DNA of 35,498 bases, from IMG/VR virus record IMGVR_UViG_3300025018_000330, positions 1 to 35,498 of that record, one strand, 5' to 3'. The position numbers and the translations under genes were made by a program. This DNA comes from a virus. Its lineage: Duplodnaviria; Caudoviricetes. Shown piece after piece: positions 20,601 through 30,162 of this stretch. The stretch's first letter is position 1. Every line of letters begins with the position of its first letter. Under the pieces are notes generated by a model, which had not been told where the DNA came from, searched no databases, and saw only the letters and a list, made by a program, of their open reading frames with translations.

Positions 20601-22547
20601 CCACTATCAGGGGAGGATAAGATTTTCTGGCACGCCGCTTATGCCCGATCGCTGTACGACACCGCCGGAGCCGCCGCCATAAACGCCGGAAAGCAGGGTG
20701 ATGGAAAGTTTATCGAAAAACTGGTCAAAAATCCGACAGAGGACATGCTAAAAACAGCCTTAAATGATGCCAACTACGCCACATTCCATGACAAAAACGT
20801 CCTAAACGAAGTCGCCAATTCAATTAAAAGAGTCGCATCAAGTCCAAAATTGAAAGCTGGAGCCGAGGTAGGCAAGGTAGTAACCGAAGTCCTTGCACCA
20901 TTTACTGGAGTACCATCGTCAATCGTAGAGAAAACAATAGCCTACTCCCCGATCGGGTTGATCAAAGGAGCTATGAAAGCCGGAAAGGTAGTTGTGAGCG
21001 ACGTACCTGAACTACAACGCCAAGCCGCACAGGAAATAGGAAGAGGGGTCGTAGGATCAGGACTGTTCGGACTCGGAGCATACCTAATGAGCCAAGGATT
21101 GATGACCGGACAGCCAAAAGATGCAAAAGAAGCCGACTTGTGGGCGGCACAAGGCAAGATGGCAAATTCAGTCCTTGTGGGTGGGAAATGGAGATCAGTA
21201 AATTCTATTGGTCCTCAAAACCTAGTCATGCTCGCCGGAGCCAAATACAACGAAGCGATGGGTAAAGAGGGAACCACAATAGAGAAAGCCGGAGCATACG
21301 CCGGAGGATTGGCCAAAGACCAACTCAGTCAAACATTCCTCGCCGGTGTCCAACAGCCACTCAATGCCATCACAGACCCAGCTAGATATGGCAAGAGCTA
21401 CATCGGTAACCAAGTTGCCTCCGTGATACCAAATATCATCAAAGACACGGCCAAAGCCGGTGATGCTTCACAGCGCGAGAACAACACCATGATGGACTAC
21501 ATTACCAACTCCTTACCAGGACTAAGAAACAAAAACATCGAAAAACGAGATGTTCTCGGTAATCCAATGAAGCAGGAACCAACCGGAGCCGCCGCATTCT
21601 ACGATCTATTCAACTCGAAGACACCGATAAGAAATACGGTCACCGATGAACTAGGCCGCCTGAACGAAGCAGGACACAACGTAGTGCCAAGCAAACTCCA
21701 AAAGGATCAGACTATCCAAGGCGATAAATTGAAGCTCACCCCAGAGCAATTAAATGTCCTCGAGGCGAAGACTGGAGAGGAATTGTCGATGCAGATGGAA
21801 GCCCTATTTAACTCAACAGAGTATCAAGATTTGCCAGACTCCGACAAAGCCGATGCCGTCACATCGTTAATTTCCAAGGTGAGGAAAGTAGTCAGAGCCA
21901 ATGTAGACCTCGGGGGTGACACAACACAACTGGCTGAGGTAAAAGGAGCATCAACAGCTGAGGGGAAGAAATACCGGATCATAAACAAAGAAACTGGCAA
22001 TGTCAGCTTTATAGACATCACCACCCCAGTAAAAGTACCAACCTTAACAGGCAATAAAGAACTTGACAAGAAACTCAAATCGTCCTACGCATCAGACCTG
22101 ACAACTAGAACAAACAACATCATGAAAGTTTATGAGGATGGACAAATTACAGCCGAGGAAGCCGAAAAACTACTTAATGAGGTGAAGAGCCTGAAATCAA
22201 AAGCCGGAAGTGGATCGGGAATGACCGCCAAACAAAAACTCGCTCTCAAAAACAAGATCGAAAGCGCGTATGAGTCAATAGCCACCGGACTCGGAAAACC
22301 ACCGAAATTGTCATCATTCAAAAATCCTAAGACCGGCAAAGAGATCACGTTCAATTTCAAACAAGCGACACCAGACGTAAGCATTTCAACGCCCAATAAC
22401 AAGGTCGATGTCCAAGGACTGATCGACAATTTGAAGAAAAAACAAACTAGCACCAAAGAAGAGAGAGACAGGATATTGAGTATGGTAAAAGGTGGTGGAT
22501 CAGGGAGCGGATTGAAGTTGTCAGCCTCATCGTATAGAGGGGGTTGA
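17691..22547 (+). CDS. Large internal virion / DNA-ejection protein (1618 aa)
   Basis: Size and A/G-rich helical composition; THERNLLGN, APFTGVP, RDVLGNP motifs typical of podovirus core proteins. Confidence 0.65.
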   Translation: MDDLLKKILGIGSNAVSFAKKKAKDLTDTLLYTKPTPQGNSVADTFNYFKNNADLLNPLSQRSMQRGADSADVLAKSQSKPIQFIGNMGGNTIKIGKSGINKMVQGGKALGAGLIQAPVLAATQGKVNIPFYSDPELMKLSGDNFVQRFMRSSAKVLPDVVKGVFGTGQIATTINPVSQGVNAVASSPVKIGRPGLISPDPNVNTNDDLVRRIAAGYIKGVSGSDEVATNVPNKEMDIAGIKFDPAKTAGEMVGFVNNPTWKTIFPGTSKLLDLPQTSSKVANFVIGRIMKGGAEGTIQAIANMNDQMTRDQKINELASQVAFGAVSELGTDAAMKGAGSIKGKAERWIRSLLNDYQSAPPEIKQEMDNMMKAIGSNQYQTKYKPNVVEEPVLAAGGSVMPKGDSPMVDVGGNKLVRKDYLPKYREYLEKSAQVAPGAFAGIQINKDENGNITGVGFNPNTAGMGLMAAGYLTTAKNKAAIMDVIMKATDEGKMNAELKNLIETNIKNSIDQLDINPKEAIDNLKGLRAAINQSAFDTSGLTKSDGLYNAKLMDAIRQDPEMGTLVRELESYLPKIDEILQGKADLTAKVEPTADLNAPKTALETPIAPDIPKTDITTEVPQAGQPKTAQEIITEVTTPKVEPTLPEGVSKPKRRTAQEIIAQASGETPPKTPTTDVEKLLGFTKSVKEAPIVAPETKAKVNGTYTQKPNTKLMGEAKALLENGASIDFKNVADLDQKVAATIQEAINLDKAGKHDAAANLYNNLAEHGKELGRAVQAYSMIDKMSPQAIALSVAAKIKNYNINAMKKIPELTGEQTKLITKLVDQADKLKGREKNIALNKLQQTLNGFIPSTLADKAITVWKAGLLTSLRTHERNLLGNAIMSASEIAKDPVASVADMIMSLRTGQRSMTTTLKGIVPGAIKGTKAMADVIRYGFDPEESISKFDIKQITWGNNPVEKFLKGATEAVFRPLSGEDKIFWHAAYARSLYDTAGAAAINAGKQGDGKFIEKLVKNPTEDMLKTALNDANYATFHDKNVLNEVANSIKRVASSPKLKAGAEVGKVVTEVLAPFTGVPSSIVEKTIAYSPIGLIKGAMKAGKVVVSDVPELQRQAAQEIGRGVVGSGLFGLGAYLMSQGLMTGQPKDAKEADLWAAQGKMANSVLVGGKWRSVNSIGPQNLVMLAGAKYNEAMGKEGTTIEKAGAYAGGLAKDQLSQTFLAGVQQPLNAITDPARYGKSYIGNQVASVIPNIIKDTAKAGDASQRENNTMMDYITNSLPGLRNKNIEKRDVLGNPMKQEPTGAAAFYDLFNSKTPIRNTVTDELGRLNEAGHNVVPSKLQKDQTIQGDKLKLTPEQLNVLEAKTGEELSMQMEALFNSTEYQDLPDSDKADAVTSLISKVRKVVRANVDLGGDTTQLAEVKGASTAEGKKYRIINKETGNVSFIDITTPVKVPTLTGNKELDKKLKSSYASDLTTRTNNIMKVYEDGQITAEEAEKLLNEVKSLKSKAGSGSGMTAKQKLALKNKIESAYESIATGLGKPPKLSSFKNPKTGKEITFNFKQATPDVSISTPNNKVDVQGLIDNLKKKQTSTKEERDRILSMVKGGGSGSGLKLSASSYRGG

Positions 22548-22572
22548 AATCTTATGTAATAGGAAATAAACT
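22544..22572 (+). promoter_or_regulatory. Sigma70 promoter TTGAAA-17-TAAACT, 6 nt before ATG 22579
   Basis: Hexamers and spacing; contains GAAATCTTATGTAAT shared with 35445-35459. Confidence 0.6.
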
Positions 22573-22578
22573 GTAGTT

Positions 22579-23256
22579 ATGGATAAAAATGCACACACGT
22601 TTGAAAAGAATATCTTGATCGGAATCCCAGCCCTCGACACCTTGAAGATAGAAACTACGACCTCCCTAGTGGCTACAATAGCCCAACTCGACATGAAGTA
22701 CGATGCGAAGATGCTGATCCGCAAAGCTTCCCTGATTCACGATTCGCGCAATAAAATAGCTCAGCAAGCCGTTGACGAGGGATTCGATTACCTGATGTTC
22801 ATCGACAGCGACATGAAGTTCCCAGGTGATGCCCTGAACAGACTCATGAGCCTGAATCTAGATGTAGTCGGAGGATTGTACTACCGGAAGCAACCACCCC
22901 ACGCGCCAGTAATCGCTCAAAAGATGGGCAAAACACTCACTATTCCGAGACTTTGGCCAAAAACAAAACCTTTCGAAGTCTTCTCAGTTGCCACCGGATT
23001 TATGCTGATCAACACCAAAGTCCTCAAAGCAATCAAACCTCCATATTTCTTCTACGGAAAATACCATGAAATGGACATGGGAGAGGATGTTTACTTCTGC
23101 CACAAAGCCCAACAGGCAGGATTTAAGATTTTCTGTGACCCAACGATCGACCTGAAACACATCGGAGAGTATGAGTACGATGCAAAGGACTACGAAGCAT
23201 ATGCAAAGGATCGTCCGGAGCAAGATGTTGACGAAATTTGGAACCCAGAAATATGA
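22579..23256 (+). CDS. GT-A fold (family 2-like) glycosyltransferase
   Basis: ILIGIP, SRNKI, YLMFIDSD (DxD), ATGFMLI, GEDVYFC, HIG motifs. Confidence 0.85.
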   Translation: MDKNAHTFEKNILIGIPALDTLKIETTTSLVATIAQLDMKYDAKMLIRKASLIHDSRNKIAQQAVDEGFDYLMFIDSDMKFPGDALNRLMSLNLDVVGGLYYRKQPPHAPVIAQKMGKTLTIPRLWPKTKPFEVFSVATGFMLINTKVLKAIKPPYFFYGKYHEMDMGEDVYFCHKAQQAGFKIFCDPTIDLKHIGEYEYDAKDYEAYAKDRPEQDVDEIWNPEI

Positions 23257-23936
23257 TAGACCAAGCCGAAAGAGGAAAACAAATATTAAACGACCTTGTG
23301 GAGTACCACCAAATGCCGGTGGAACTCGTCAAAGAGAGGTGCAAGGCCGCTGTGTACGAATTGGCGTGGATCTGGGGAAAACAGCACAAGGAACTCAACC
23401 ACGAAGAGGTGATGAGATTTTATAGGGAGACAGACTGGTATCAATTCGACCTGACCAAATACCAAAGTATGATCACGCCATTAGTTGATTTAATGGTGGA
23501 CATGGCCGACTCGTATGGAATCAAAAAGGTGCTTGATTTTGGAGGAGGGATCGGAGAATACAGCATCAGACTGGCCAAAGAGGCAGACTGTGATGTGACA
23601 TACCTCGACCTTGAGGGAAGCGAAACTATGAAATACGCCGAGTGGAGATTCAAAAAACATGAGGCTAAAGTAAAGGTTGTAGGCGAGAACTACGAATGGA
23701 CAGGTGACAATTGGGACGGAGTTGTTATAATGGACGTACTAGAGCATTTAGAAAAGCCTGAATACGAAAGAGTAATAAAGGCTCTGGAAGAGAAAGCACG
23801 GTACATATTCTGCAATCCGGAAGATGTCCGCTTCAATGTTTTCTTTCCACAGCACATCACGAAGATTAAACTAGAGGGATTCGTCCAAGTCGAAGCGAAT
23901 CTTTATTATAATAAACGACTCGCAAAAAAAGCATAA
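23253..23936 (+). CDS. Class I SAM-dependent methyltransferase
   Basis: VLDFGGGIG motif I, TYLD, MDVLEHL; ATGA-coupled to the glycosyltransferase. Confidence 0.85.
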   Translation: MIDQAERGKQILNDLVEYHQMPVELVKERCKAAVYELAWIWGKQHKELNHEEVMRFYRETDWYQFDLTKYQSMITPLVDLMVDMADSYGIKKVLDFGGGIGEYSIRLAKEADCDVTYLDLEGSETMKYAEWRFKKHEAKVKVVGENYEWTGDNWDGVVIMDVLEHLEKPEYERVIKALEEKARYIFCNPEDVRFNVFFPQHITKIKLEGFVQVEANLYYNKRLAKKA

Positions 23937-23969
23937 TCGCACAAACATAGTACCTAGCTAAAAAATACT

Positions 23970-24629
23970 ATGTCGGTTACGCTACAAAACGGATGCGGTG
24001 ATCTCTCAAGAGAATTGGGTGAGGCAACACCTAACGTCACGACTCCCAGAATAAATCATTACAACGATGCGGTTATAGACTTTGCCAATGAGCGCAAGTT
24101 CCCATTTTTGGTCAAAGAAAATGCCACGATCACGACTGACGGCAACGCCCTGAACAGATACAGCATCGCCACCATCACGGATATTCGTCAACCAGGAGGC
24201 ATCAAAGAAATCACCCTTGGAAGCTCAACAGAGCCGATCCTGCCGATCGACTGGAGCAAACGAAACGAATCCCAGTACGTGGGTAAAAACTTTTTCTACA
24301 TGACACCGGATGAGCTTTATATCGTGTTCACCAAAGATGTGACCACCGGACAAGCAATCCACATGTGGTACTACTATATTCCAGCCAGAATCACCACACT
24401 AACCGACACATTCCCGATCCCAGACCGATACAGAAAGGTCGTAGCGACCCTTGCGGCCGCCTATGTGCAATGGGGACGATACCTCGATGGCCAAGGAAAT
24501 CGACTGTTCAATTTGTACAATAAACGCCTCGCCGGAGTGGTAGACCAACAGTCCGAAGACAATACCGGCAACCCAAAACGAATTCAACATTACCTCAAGT
24601 ACATGGGTTTTAGGCGTAAATATCCTTAA
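23970..24629 (+). CDS. Head-tail adaptor (tail tubular protein A-like)
   Basis: LGE...INHYNDA, YYYIPA, IPDRYRKVV..LAA pattern; precedes nozzle. Confidence 0.65.
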   Translation: MSVTLQNGCGDLSRELGEATPNVTTPRINHYNDAVIDFANERKFPFLVKENATITTDGNALNRYSIATITDIRQPGGIKEITLGSSTEPILPIDWSKRNESQYVGKNFFYMTPDELYIVFTKDVTTGQAIHMWYYYIPARITTLTDTFPIPDRYRKVVATLAAAYVQWGRYLDGQGNRLFNLYNKRLAGVVDQQSEDNTGNPKRIQHYLKYMGFRRKYP

Positions 24630-24635
24630 AAACAA

Positions 24636-26585
24636 ATGATTCCATACACACCACTCACAGGAGGACAAAATCTACCCAACAAAGGATGGATGTTTGATGG
24701 TTTTAACTCCGGAGTCAACACCTACTCCCTAGCGACCGAATTGAGGGGTACGGAACTAGCCAGTATGATAAACGGTGAGCTTTTTGGAAAAAGATCAATC
24801 AGACCAAGAAGAGGTGGTGTCCAGCTTGGAAATGCAGTCGGTGGAGCGCAGGTAGACGGTTTATTCCCATTCAAAAACGGAATTACGGTCAATAAAATGC
24901 TCGCCATTTCAAACGGTGTCCTGCGAGACTACAACTCAGCCACAAGCGCATGGGACTCGGTTGCCGGGGCAACATTTACGGTTGACCTACGTACCAGGGG
25001 AGTAAAAATGAGATCGGCGATCTATTTTGGCAACGGAGCCGATGATTTCACCAAGTACACAAGTGCCGGAGGATTGCAAAGGTTTACCGCAGTCGCCGCA
25101 CCGGCCGGACTTGCAGTCACCCCAGTAGGAACCCCAGGAACCGCCGAGTACACCTACACAGTGACTACAGTCACAGCTAAAGGCCAATCACTTCCAGCCA
25201 CAGAGGTTGCCATCGCAAACGGAAATCTTGTCCTAGACACGACAAACAAAAACAGCGTAGCATTCACACGCAGGACGGAATCCCAAGTAATCGGGTACAA
25301 CATTTACGGTAGAAATAAAACAGGTACCGGAGTTACATTGATGAAATACATCGACCAACCAGCATCCGGAACTACAATCACCTGGGTAGATGATGGAACT
25401 GTTATCCCCCAAGTTTGGCTACCACCCGATGGAGACAGCACCGATGGTATCGTGGTAGAGGTCTGGGAACAGTTGAGAGGCTCCCTAGTGGGCGCAGGTG
25501 ACCCATCATCGAGGGATAGGCTGTACTACTCCGGAACTGGCGATAAATACGAATCATTCAGTCCAGTCCACAACGGAGGATGGGTCGACGTGAGAGCCGG
25601 AGACAACGATGGAGGAATAAGTGGTCTGGCTCCATTTGAGAGCAAAATCATCGTTTGTAAACAAAACTCAGTTCATCAATTTTATTTCAGTAGCACCAAT
25701 GGAGATGCGATCCTCCAAGAATTGATCACCTACGTAGGATGTGGCGCACCAGGAAGTATGGTGGTCATGGAAAACGACGTGATATTCCTAGACTCCGATG
25801 GAAAATTGAGAATCCTAGGATATGAGCCAAACTTTGCCGCTTCTATCCGCACAACCTCACTCACTGAGGGAAGAGTCCAAAGTTTGTACGACAACATCGA
25901 TCCTGCATATTTGAGTGAAGCTGAGGGAGTTTACTTCAATGGAAGATACCTCCTAGCATGTAGATCGAGAGGTGCAACTTACAATGACATGATCCTGCCA
26001 TATGATCGAAGATATTTAGCTTTCCTGGGTAAGTGGGACGGCGCAGATGCCCACGTCAAGTGCTGGGCTGTCTGGGATGGAGCAGACGGAAAAAAGAGAC
26101 TATATGCCGGAGCCAGTGATGACGACAATGTGTTCGAATTTGGAGTAGAGGGTCAACTGGCCAACTACGATGGCACAGCAATTGTCACAACCATAAAAAC
26201 AAGAAATGAAGATCTAGGAAACTCCGGACAGCAAAAAATTTGGAAGTGGGTAGACCTGAGACTTTTCAGAATCAAAGGAATGCTCAAACTAAAAACGATC
26301 CTTGATGGAGCCACAACAATCGATGAAAAACAATTCTCGAGCATTGTTCAGACCGGATGGGGAATCGTAAAATGGGGAACCGTGAGATGGGGTGTATCGA
26401 CCGGTGCGCCTCCAAGCTCATCAGACCTCGACAAAACACGTAGAAAAGAGATTTACGAAATTGGAAACTCACTCGGATTTGAGATCACAAAAGAGGGATC
26501 ACAAGACGACTTCGTACTTGTATCCATGCGCGGTGAAGCCTTCCTATTACCAACGGAGGTATTTAATTCCGAGAACGTAATATAG
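24636..26585 (+). CDS. Tail nozzle / stabilisation protein (tubular protein B / P22 gp10-like)
   Basis: FNSGVN, RRG, RLYYS, VGCGAPGS beta-propeller patterns; about 650 aa. Confidence 0.7.
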   Translation: MIPYTPLTGGQNLPNKGWMFDGFNSGVNTYSLATELRGTELASMINGELFGKRSIRPRRGGVQLGNAVGGAQVDGLFPFKNGITVNKMLAISNGVLRDYNSATSAWDSVAGATFTVDLRTRGVKMRSAIYFGNGADDFTKYTSAGGLQRFTAVAAPAGLAVTPVGTPGTAEYTYTVTTVTAKGQSLPATEVAIANGNLVLDTTNKNSVAFTRRTESQVIGYNIYGRNKTGTGVTLMKYIDQPASGTTITWVDDGTVIPQVWLPPDGDSTDGIVVEVWEQLRGSLVGAGDPSSRDRLYYSGTGDKYESFSPVHNGGWVDVRAGDNDGGISGLAPFESKIIVCKQNSVHQFYFSSTNGDAILQELITYVGCGAPGSMVVMENDVIFLDSDGKLRILGYEPNFAASIRTTSLTEGRVQSLYDNIDPAYLSEAEGVYFNGRYLLACRSRGATYNDMILPYDRRYLAFLGKWDGADAHVKCWAVWDGADGKKRLYAGASDDDNVFEFGVEGQLANYDGTAIVTTIKTRNEDLGNSGQQKIWKWVDLRLFRIKGMLKLKTILDGATTIDEKQFSSIVQTGWGIVKWGTVRWGVSTGAPPSSSDLDKTRRKEIYEIGNSLGFEITKEGSQDDFVLVSMRGEAFLLPTEVFNSENVI

Positions 26586-26593
26586 GACAAAAC

Positions 26594-26622
26594 TTGTGAT
26601 ACGTGATTATAAAAGATAAACT
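26594..26622 (+). promoter_or_regulatory. Sigma70-like promoter TTGTGA-17-TAAACT, 6 nt before ATG 26629
   Basis: Same -10 and same spacing to ATG as the 22544 promoter. Confidence 0.5.
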
Positions 26623-26628
26623 AAAAGT

Positions 26629-27747
26629 ATGAAAAACAAATTGTTAAGAGCAGACAATAATTTCGGAGGAGTACTGTCAGCCACGATTTCAGCCGCCGAA
26701 GTGACCTCCGCATCACTCACTCCAGTCCCTACAGAAGCACCTGGAGTAATTGTTTTGAAAGCCGGAGAAGCCCAAGAAGAACACATTTATTACGCAGAAA
26801 AAGATGCCGGAGCCGGAACTATTTCAGGATTGATCAGAGACTACACCAACCTAAACGGAGGTGTCGGGTTCGAGCATATTAACACCACCCCATTTGAGGT
26901 GATGCAAGCCACTGAGTATATAAACAACATTGTGGATGCGTTGATTGAGGGATTTATTGACGAACAGCAAACCTTAGCGTACGTGAGTGCCGCCAGTTTT
27001 ACGGTTAAAACCAATAAAACAGCCGTTTATACCGCAGGAAGAATTGTCAGATTTAGTCAGGACAATACCCTCATTGATACGGTAGTCTCATCTTCATACT
27101 CAGCCGGAACAGGTTTGACCACAGTTGTCATGACAGGAGCGGTTTCAGTGCCAAATCCAATAGTTACTGTCGAAATTGCGATCCAACCAAAAAGTGGAAC
27201 AAATCTTTATGTCCCACAGGCCATACTAGGAGCAGTAGCGGCCGCTTCTGCTGTCAATAAATTAAACGCAAAGAATTCAGCAACAGGAGCAAGTCCGGAA
27301 CTATATCCAACTGGATCAGACACGGACATTGGTCTCGATGTAAAAATGAAAGGTGCCGGAAGATACAGAAAACCAACTATAGTAGGCATTCAAGTACTCG
27401 ATGCAGGAACGGACACGGCAGTAGCTGATGGTAAAGCATTTTTTAGAGTTCCAGCCGAACTCAATGGAATGAACCTCACTGGTGTCGCCGCCACGGTTTA
27501 TACCGCCGGTACAACCAATACGACTGATATTCAACTAAGAAATAAGACAGATTCGGTCGATATGCTCTCCACCAAAATGACCATCGACTCGGGAGAGACA
27601 GACACTTCGACAGCCGCCACACCGGCGGTAATTGACACTACCAAAGACGATGTTGTCACGGGAGACATAATTGCCGTTGACATTGATGCCGTTTCGACAA
27701 CTGCCGCAAAAGGACTCTATATCGAATTAAGATTTGAATTACCATAA
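26629..27747 (+). CDS. Tail fibre / receptor-binding structural protein
   Basis: T/A/V-rich beta composition; C-terminal GDIIAVDIDAV..AKGL domain common in phage tail proteins. Confidence 0.6.
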   Translation: MKNKLLRADNNFGGVLSATISAAEVTSASLTPVPTEAPGVIVLKAGEAQEEHIYYAEKDAGAGTISGLIRDYTNLNGGVGFEHINTTPFEVMQATEYINNIVDALIEGFIDEQQTLAYVSAASFTVKTNKTAVYTAGRIVRFSQDNTLIDTVVSSSYSAGTGLTTVVMTGAVSVPNPIVTVEIAIQPKSGTNLYVPQAILGAVAAASAVNKLNAKNSATGASPELYPTGSDTDIGLDVKMKGAGRYRKPTIVGIQVLDAGTDTAVADGKAFFRVPAELNGMNLTGVAATVYTAGTTNTTDIQLRNKTDSVDMLSTKMTIDSGETDTSTAATPAVIDTTKDDVVTGDIIAVDIDAVSTTAAKGLYIELRFELP

Positions 27748-28590
27748 ATGCCAAACATTAAAGTATTAGTCGTAGCAGGAGGCGGAGGAGGAGCTGGTCC
27801 TAACGTAGGCGGTGGCGGAGGTGCCGGAGGACTGCAATATAACGCCGCGTTTGCTGTTTTGTTTCAGGCATACTCAGTGACGATTGGGGCAGGTGGAACC
27901 GGAGGAGGAGTTGCCGGAGCTGGAGGTGCCGGAGGAGATTCTGTATTTAGTACAATAACAGCCTTGGGTGGTGGTGGCGGTGGTTCTCAAAACGCAAACG
28001 GTTTACAAGGAGGTTGTGGCGGAGGTGGAGGAAATAACGGAACTGGAGGAGCAGGATCGGCTCAAGGATACGGTGGAGGAAACGGAGCCGCACCAGGTAA
28101 CGTATATGCTTCCGGAGGTGGTGGAGGAGTCGGGGGCGGAGGAAATTCAGGGTCAACAACAAAAAGTGGTGATGGTGGACTTGGAGTTTCAACATATTCA
28201 GCGATGCTCGCCGCCACAAACGCAGGACAAGACATTGGCGGAACTAGATGGATTTGTGGAGGTGGGGGGGGTGGTGTATTCGCCGGAGGAACCATGGGGT
28301 CAGGTGGAAATGGTGGAGGTGGAAATGGTGGAAACTATAACATTTCTCAAGCAGTAGCAGGAACGGCCAACACAGGCGGTGGCGGAGGTGGAGCTGGTGA
28401 AACGACATGGTCTTACGGTGGTGCTGGAGGAAGTGGTCTAGTCATCATAAGCTATATAACTTCAGATTTTGGAAACTGCACCGGAGGTACAAAAACAGTG
28501 GTAGGAAGTGAGACATTCCACAAATTTACTACAGACGGGACAATGACATTCGTTCCAGGCGGTGGTCCTAAATTTGTCAATTTTATTTAA
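27748..28590 (+). CDS. Glycine-rich tail-associated protein
   Basis: LVVAGGGGG...GGGGAGG...VTIGAGG...ANTGGGGGG...GGSGLVIISY polyglycine domain. Confidence 0.75.
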   Translation: MPNIKVLVVAGGGGGAGPNVGGGGGAGGLQYNAAFAVLFQAYSVTIGAGGTGGGVAGAGGAGGDSVFSTITALGGGGGGSQNANGLQGGCGGGGGNNGTGGAGSAQGYGGGNGAAPGNVYASGGGGGVGGGGNSGSTTKSGDGGLGVSTYSAMLAATNAGQDIGGTRWICGGGGGGVFAGGTMGSGGNGGGGNGGNYNISQAVAGTANTGGGGGGAGETTWSYGGAGGSGLVIISYITSDFGNCTGGTKTVVGSETFHKFTTDGTMTFVPGGGPKFVNFI

Positions 28591-28601
28591 TTAAAACAAA
28601 A

Positions 28602-29360
28602 ATGAAAAAAATACTTTTGATTGCCGGACACATCAACATAAAATTCAACTCGATAGCATCCTTGCATGGGAGTACTGGAACGGCCGGAGAGCAAGAACTG
28701 ACGATTCGTATCACCAACAGATTGAGTACCGTGTTGAGAGATAGAGGATTTGAAGTAACCCAATCCGATGCCAATGCCAATGACGACCCACAGATCACCT
28801 CAAAAGATTTCGACCTAGCATTGGCACTACATGGAGACATGGACGTGCAGAATGATAAAGGAGGGGGAATGGTAGGGTCAGGGGACAAGTCAGTCGATGC
28901 CATGTGGCAAGAAAGTCTCCGGATCAAAAAAGTATTTGATGAGGTATATTTTTCCGAGACAGATATTGTAAACAAAAATATCGTGACAGCCGGAATGGCG
29001 AAGTACTACATCTGGCAATACCTAACAGCAAAGACCCCCTGCGTTTTAATTGAGATGGGTCAGGTGCTTGATCCCCACGACAGGGTTTTACTCGCAAACA
29101 CTGATTTGATCGCCAACGCTATCGGACGAGCAATATGCAAAGCATTTGCCGTAGACTTTGACAGTGTTGGCGGAGATGAGTTACTGTCACTTCGAGCAGA
29201 AGTATTAAGGCTCGGGGAAGCGTTGAATACCCAAAATAAGTCGATAGTAACGCTGAAAACAAATCACGCGACCGAGTTGGCAAAGGTTCAAGACGAGTGC
29301 CGAATTAAAATAGAGAATCTGAAAACCGATTTATTAAATGTTATCAATAAAGTCCAATAA
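28602..29360 (+). CDS. N-acetylmuramoyl-L-alanine amidase (Amidase_3) endolysin with C-terminal coiled coil
   Basis: LIAGH, GEQE, ALHGD and LIEMG zinc/catalytic motifs. Confidence 0.8.
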   Translation: MKKILLIAGHINIKFNSIASLHGSTGTAGEQELTIRITNRLSTVLRDRGFEVTQSDANANDDPQITSKDFDLALALHGDMDVQNDKGGGMVGSGDKSVDAMWQESLRIKKVFDEVYFSETDIVNKNIVTAGMAKYYIWQYLTAKTPCVLIEMGQVLDPHDRVLLANTDLIANAIGRAICKAFAVDFDSVGGDELLSLRAEVLRLGEALNTQNKSIVTLKTNHATELAKVQDECRIKIENLKTDLLNVINKVQ

Positions 29361-29437
29361 CCACTCACTTGTAAACATGCGCAAAAAGCTGTTTAATGAA
29401 ATTAGTAATATTTGGAACCAGATCAGAAAACAAAAGA

Positions 29438-29722
29438 ATGACAACACCTGCCGAAAATAGAGTAAACGAAGAAGATGCAATTACCTTGTCCAAAATAAAG
29501 GAAGTCCTCCCGTTTGCTACCCTACTAGTTGGTGTTGCCCTTTCCTGGGCTTCTACAAAGTCCGACCTAAGAGTTCTAACAAATGAAGTCCAAAACACAA
29601 ACAAAATCCTTACCGAGTATGTCCTAGAAACAAAATCAATTAAAGAAACTATCAGCTCGATGAAAATAACCGACACCGTAATGAGTTCAAGATTAGATTC
29701 CATTATTAACAATCAAAAATAA
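29438..29722 (+). CDS. Single-TM coiled-coil lysis-module protein
   Basis: VLPFATLLVGVALSWA TM then coiled coil; between amidase and holin; start 29438 preferred over 29396. Confidence 0.55.
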   Translation: MTTPAENRVNEEDAITLSKIKEVLPFATLLVGVALSWASTKSDLRVLTNEVQNTNKILTEYVLETKSIKETISSMKITDTVMSSRLDSIINNQK

Positions 29723-29723
29723 A

Positions 29724-29966
29724 ATGATCCAATTTACGTCCGATCCAACAACCATAGTCGCTACCCTGTCAGCCGCCACCTACGTCATCGTAGAGGTCAT
29801 CAAAAGGATAAACGTCATTTCTGACCGGTTCCTGCCTTTGATAGCCATCGTAGTCGGTGTGGCACTGGGAATAGCGTACAAAGTCGATATTCTATTAGCA
29901 ATTCTCATAGGAGCCTCGGCGTGTGGAATATACGACCTGGGCAAAAAGACCGTAGCCGGTAAATAA
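29724..29966 (+). CDS. Holin
   Basis: VEVIKR...DRFLPLIAIVVG...GASACGIYD..K three-TM holin pattern. Confidence 0.8.
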   Translation: MIQFTSDPTTIVATLSAATYVIVEVIKRINVISDRFLPLIAIVVGVALGIAYKVDILLAILIGASACGIYDLGKKTVAGK

Positions 29967-29967
29967 A

Positions 29968-30162
29968 GTGGAAACTGTAGACTTCGAAAAATTACCTTTG
30001 GAGGAACGAATCGTATTAACCACCTCCACAAAGCTTATAAAGCACTTCCGAGGACTCGAGTCGGCCGGAATAATAGATCGTGACACTACGAGCAACCTAA
30101 TCGGCTGTGTGAAGAAGCTGGTAAACATCGCCCAAAAAAAGGTTGATCCTGCCGTTGCCTAA
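29968..30162 (+). CDS. Hypothetical protein
   Basis: ORF track; GTG start 1 nt after holin stop. Confidence 0.5.
   Translation: METVDFEKLPLEERIVLTTSTKLIKHFRGLESAGIIDRDTTSNLIGCVKKLVNIAQKKVDPAVA

Noticed and set aside
27748-28590. GGN-rich repetitive DNA as a repeat array or DGR target
   Set aside because: Explained by polyglycine coding; no reverse transcriptase or TR/VR pair seen
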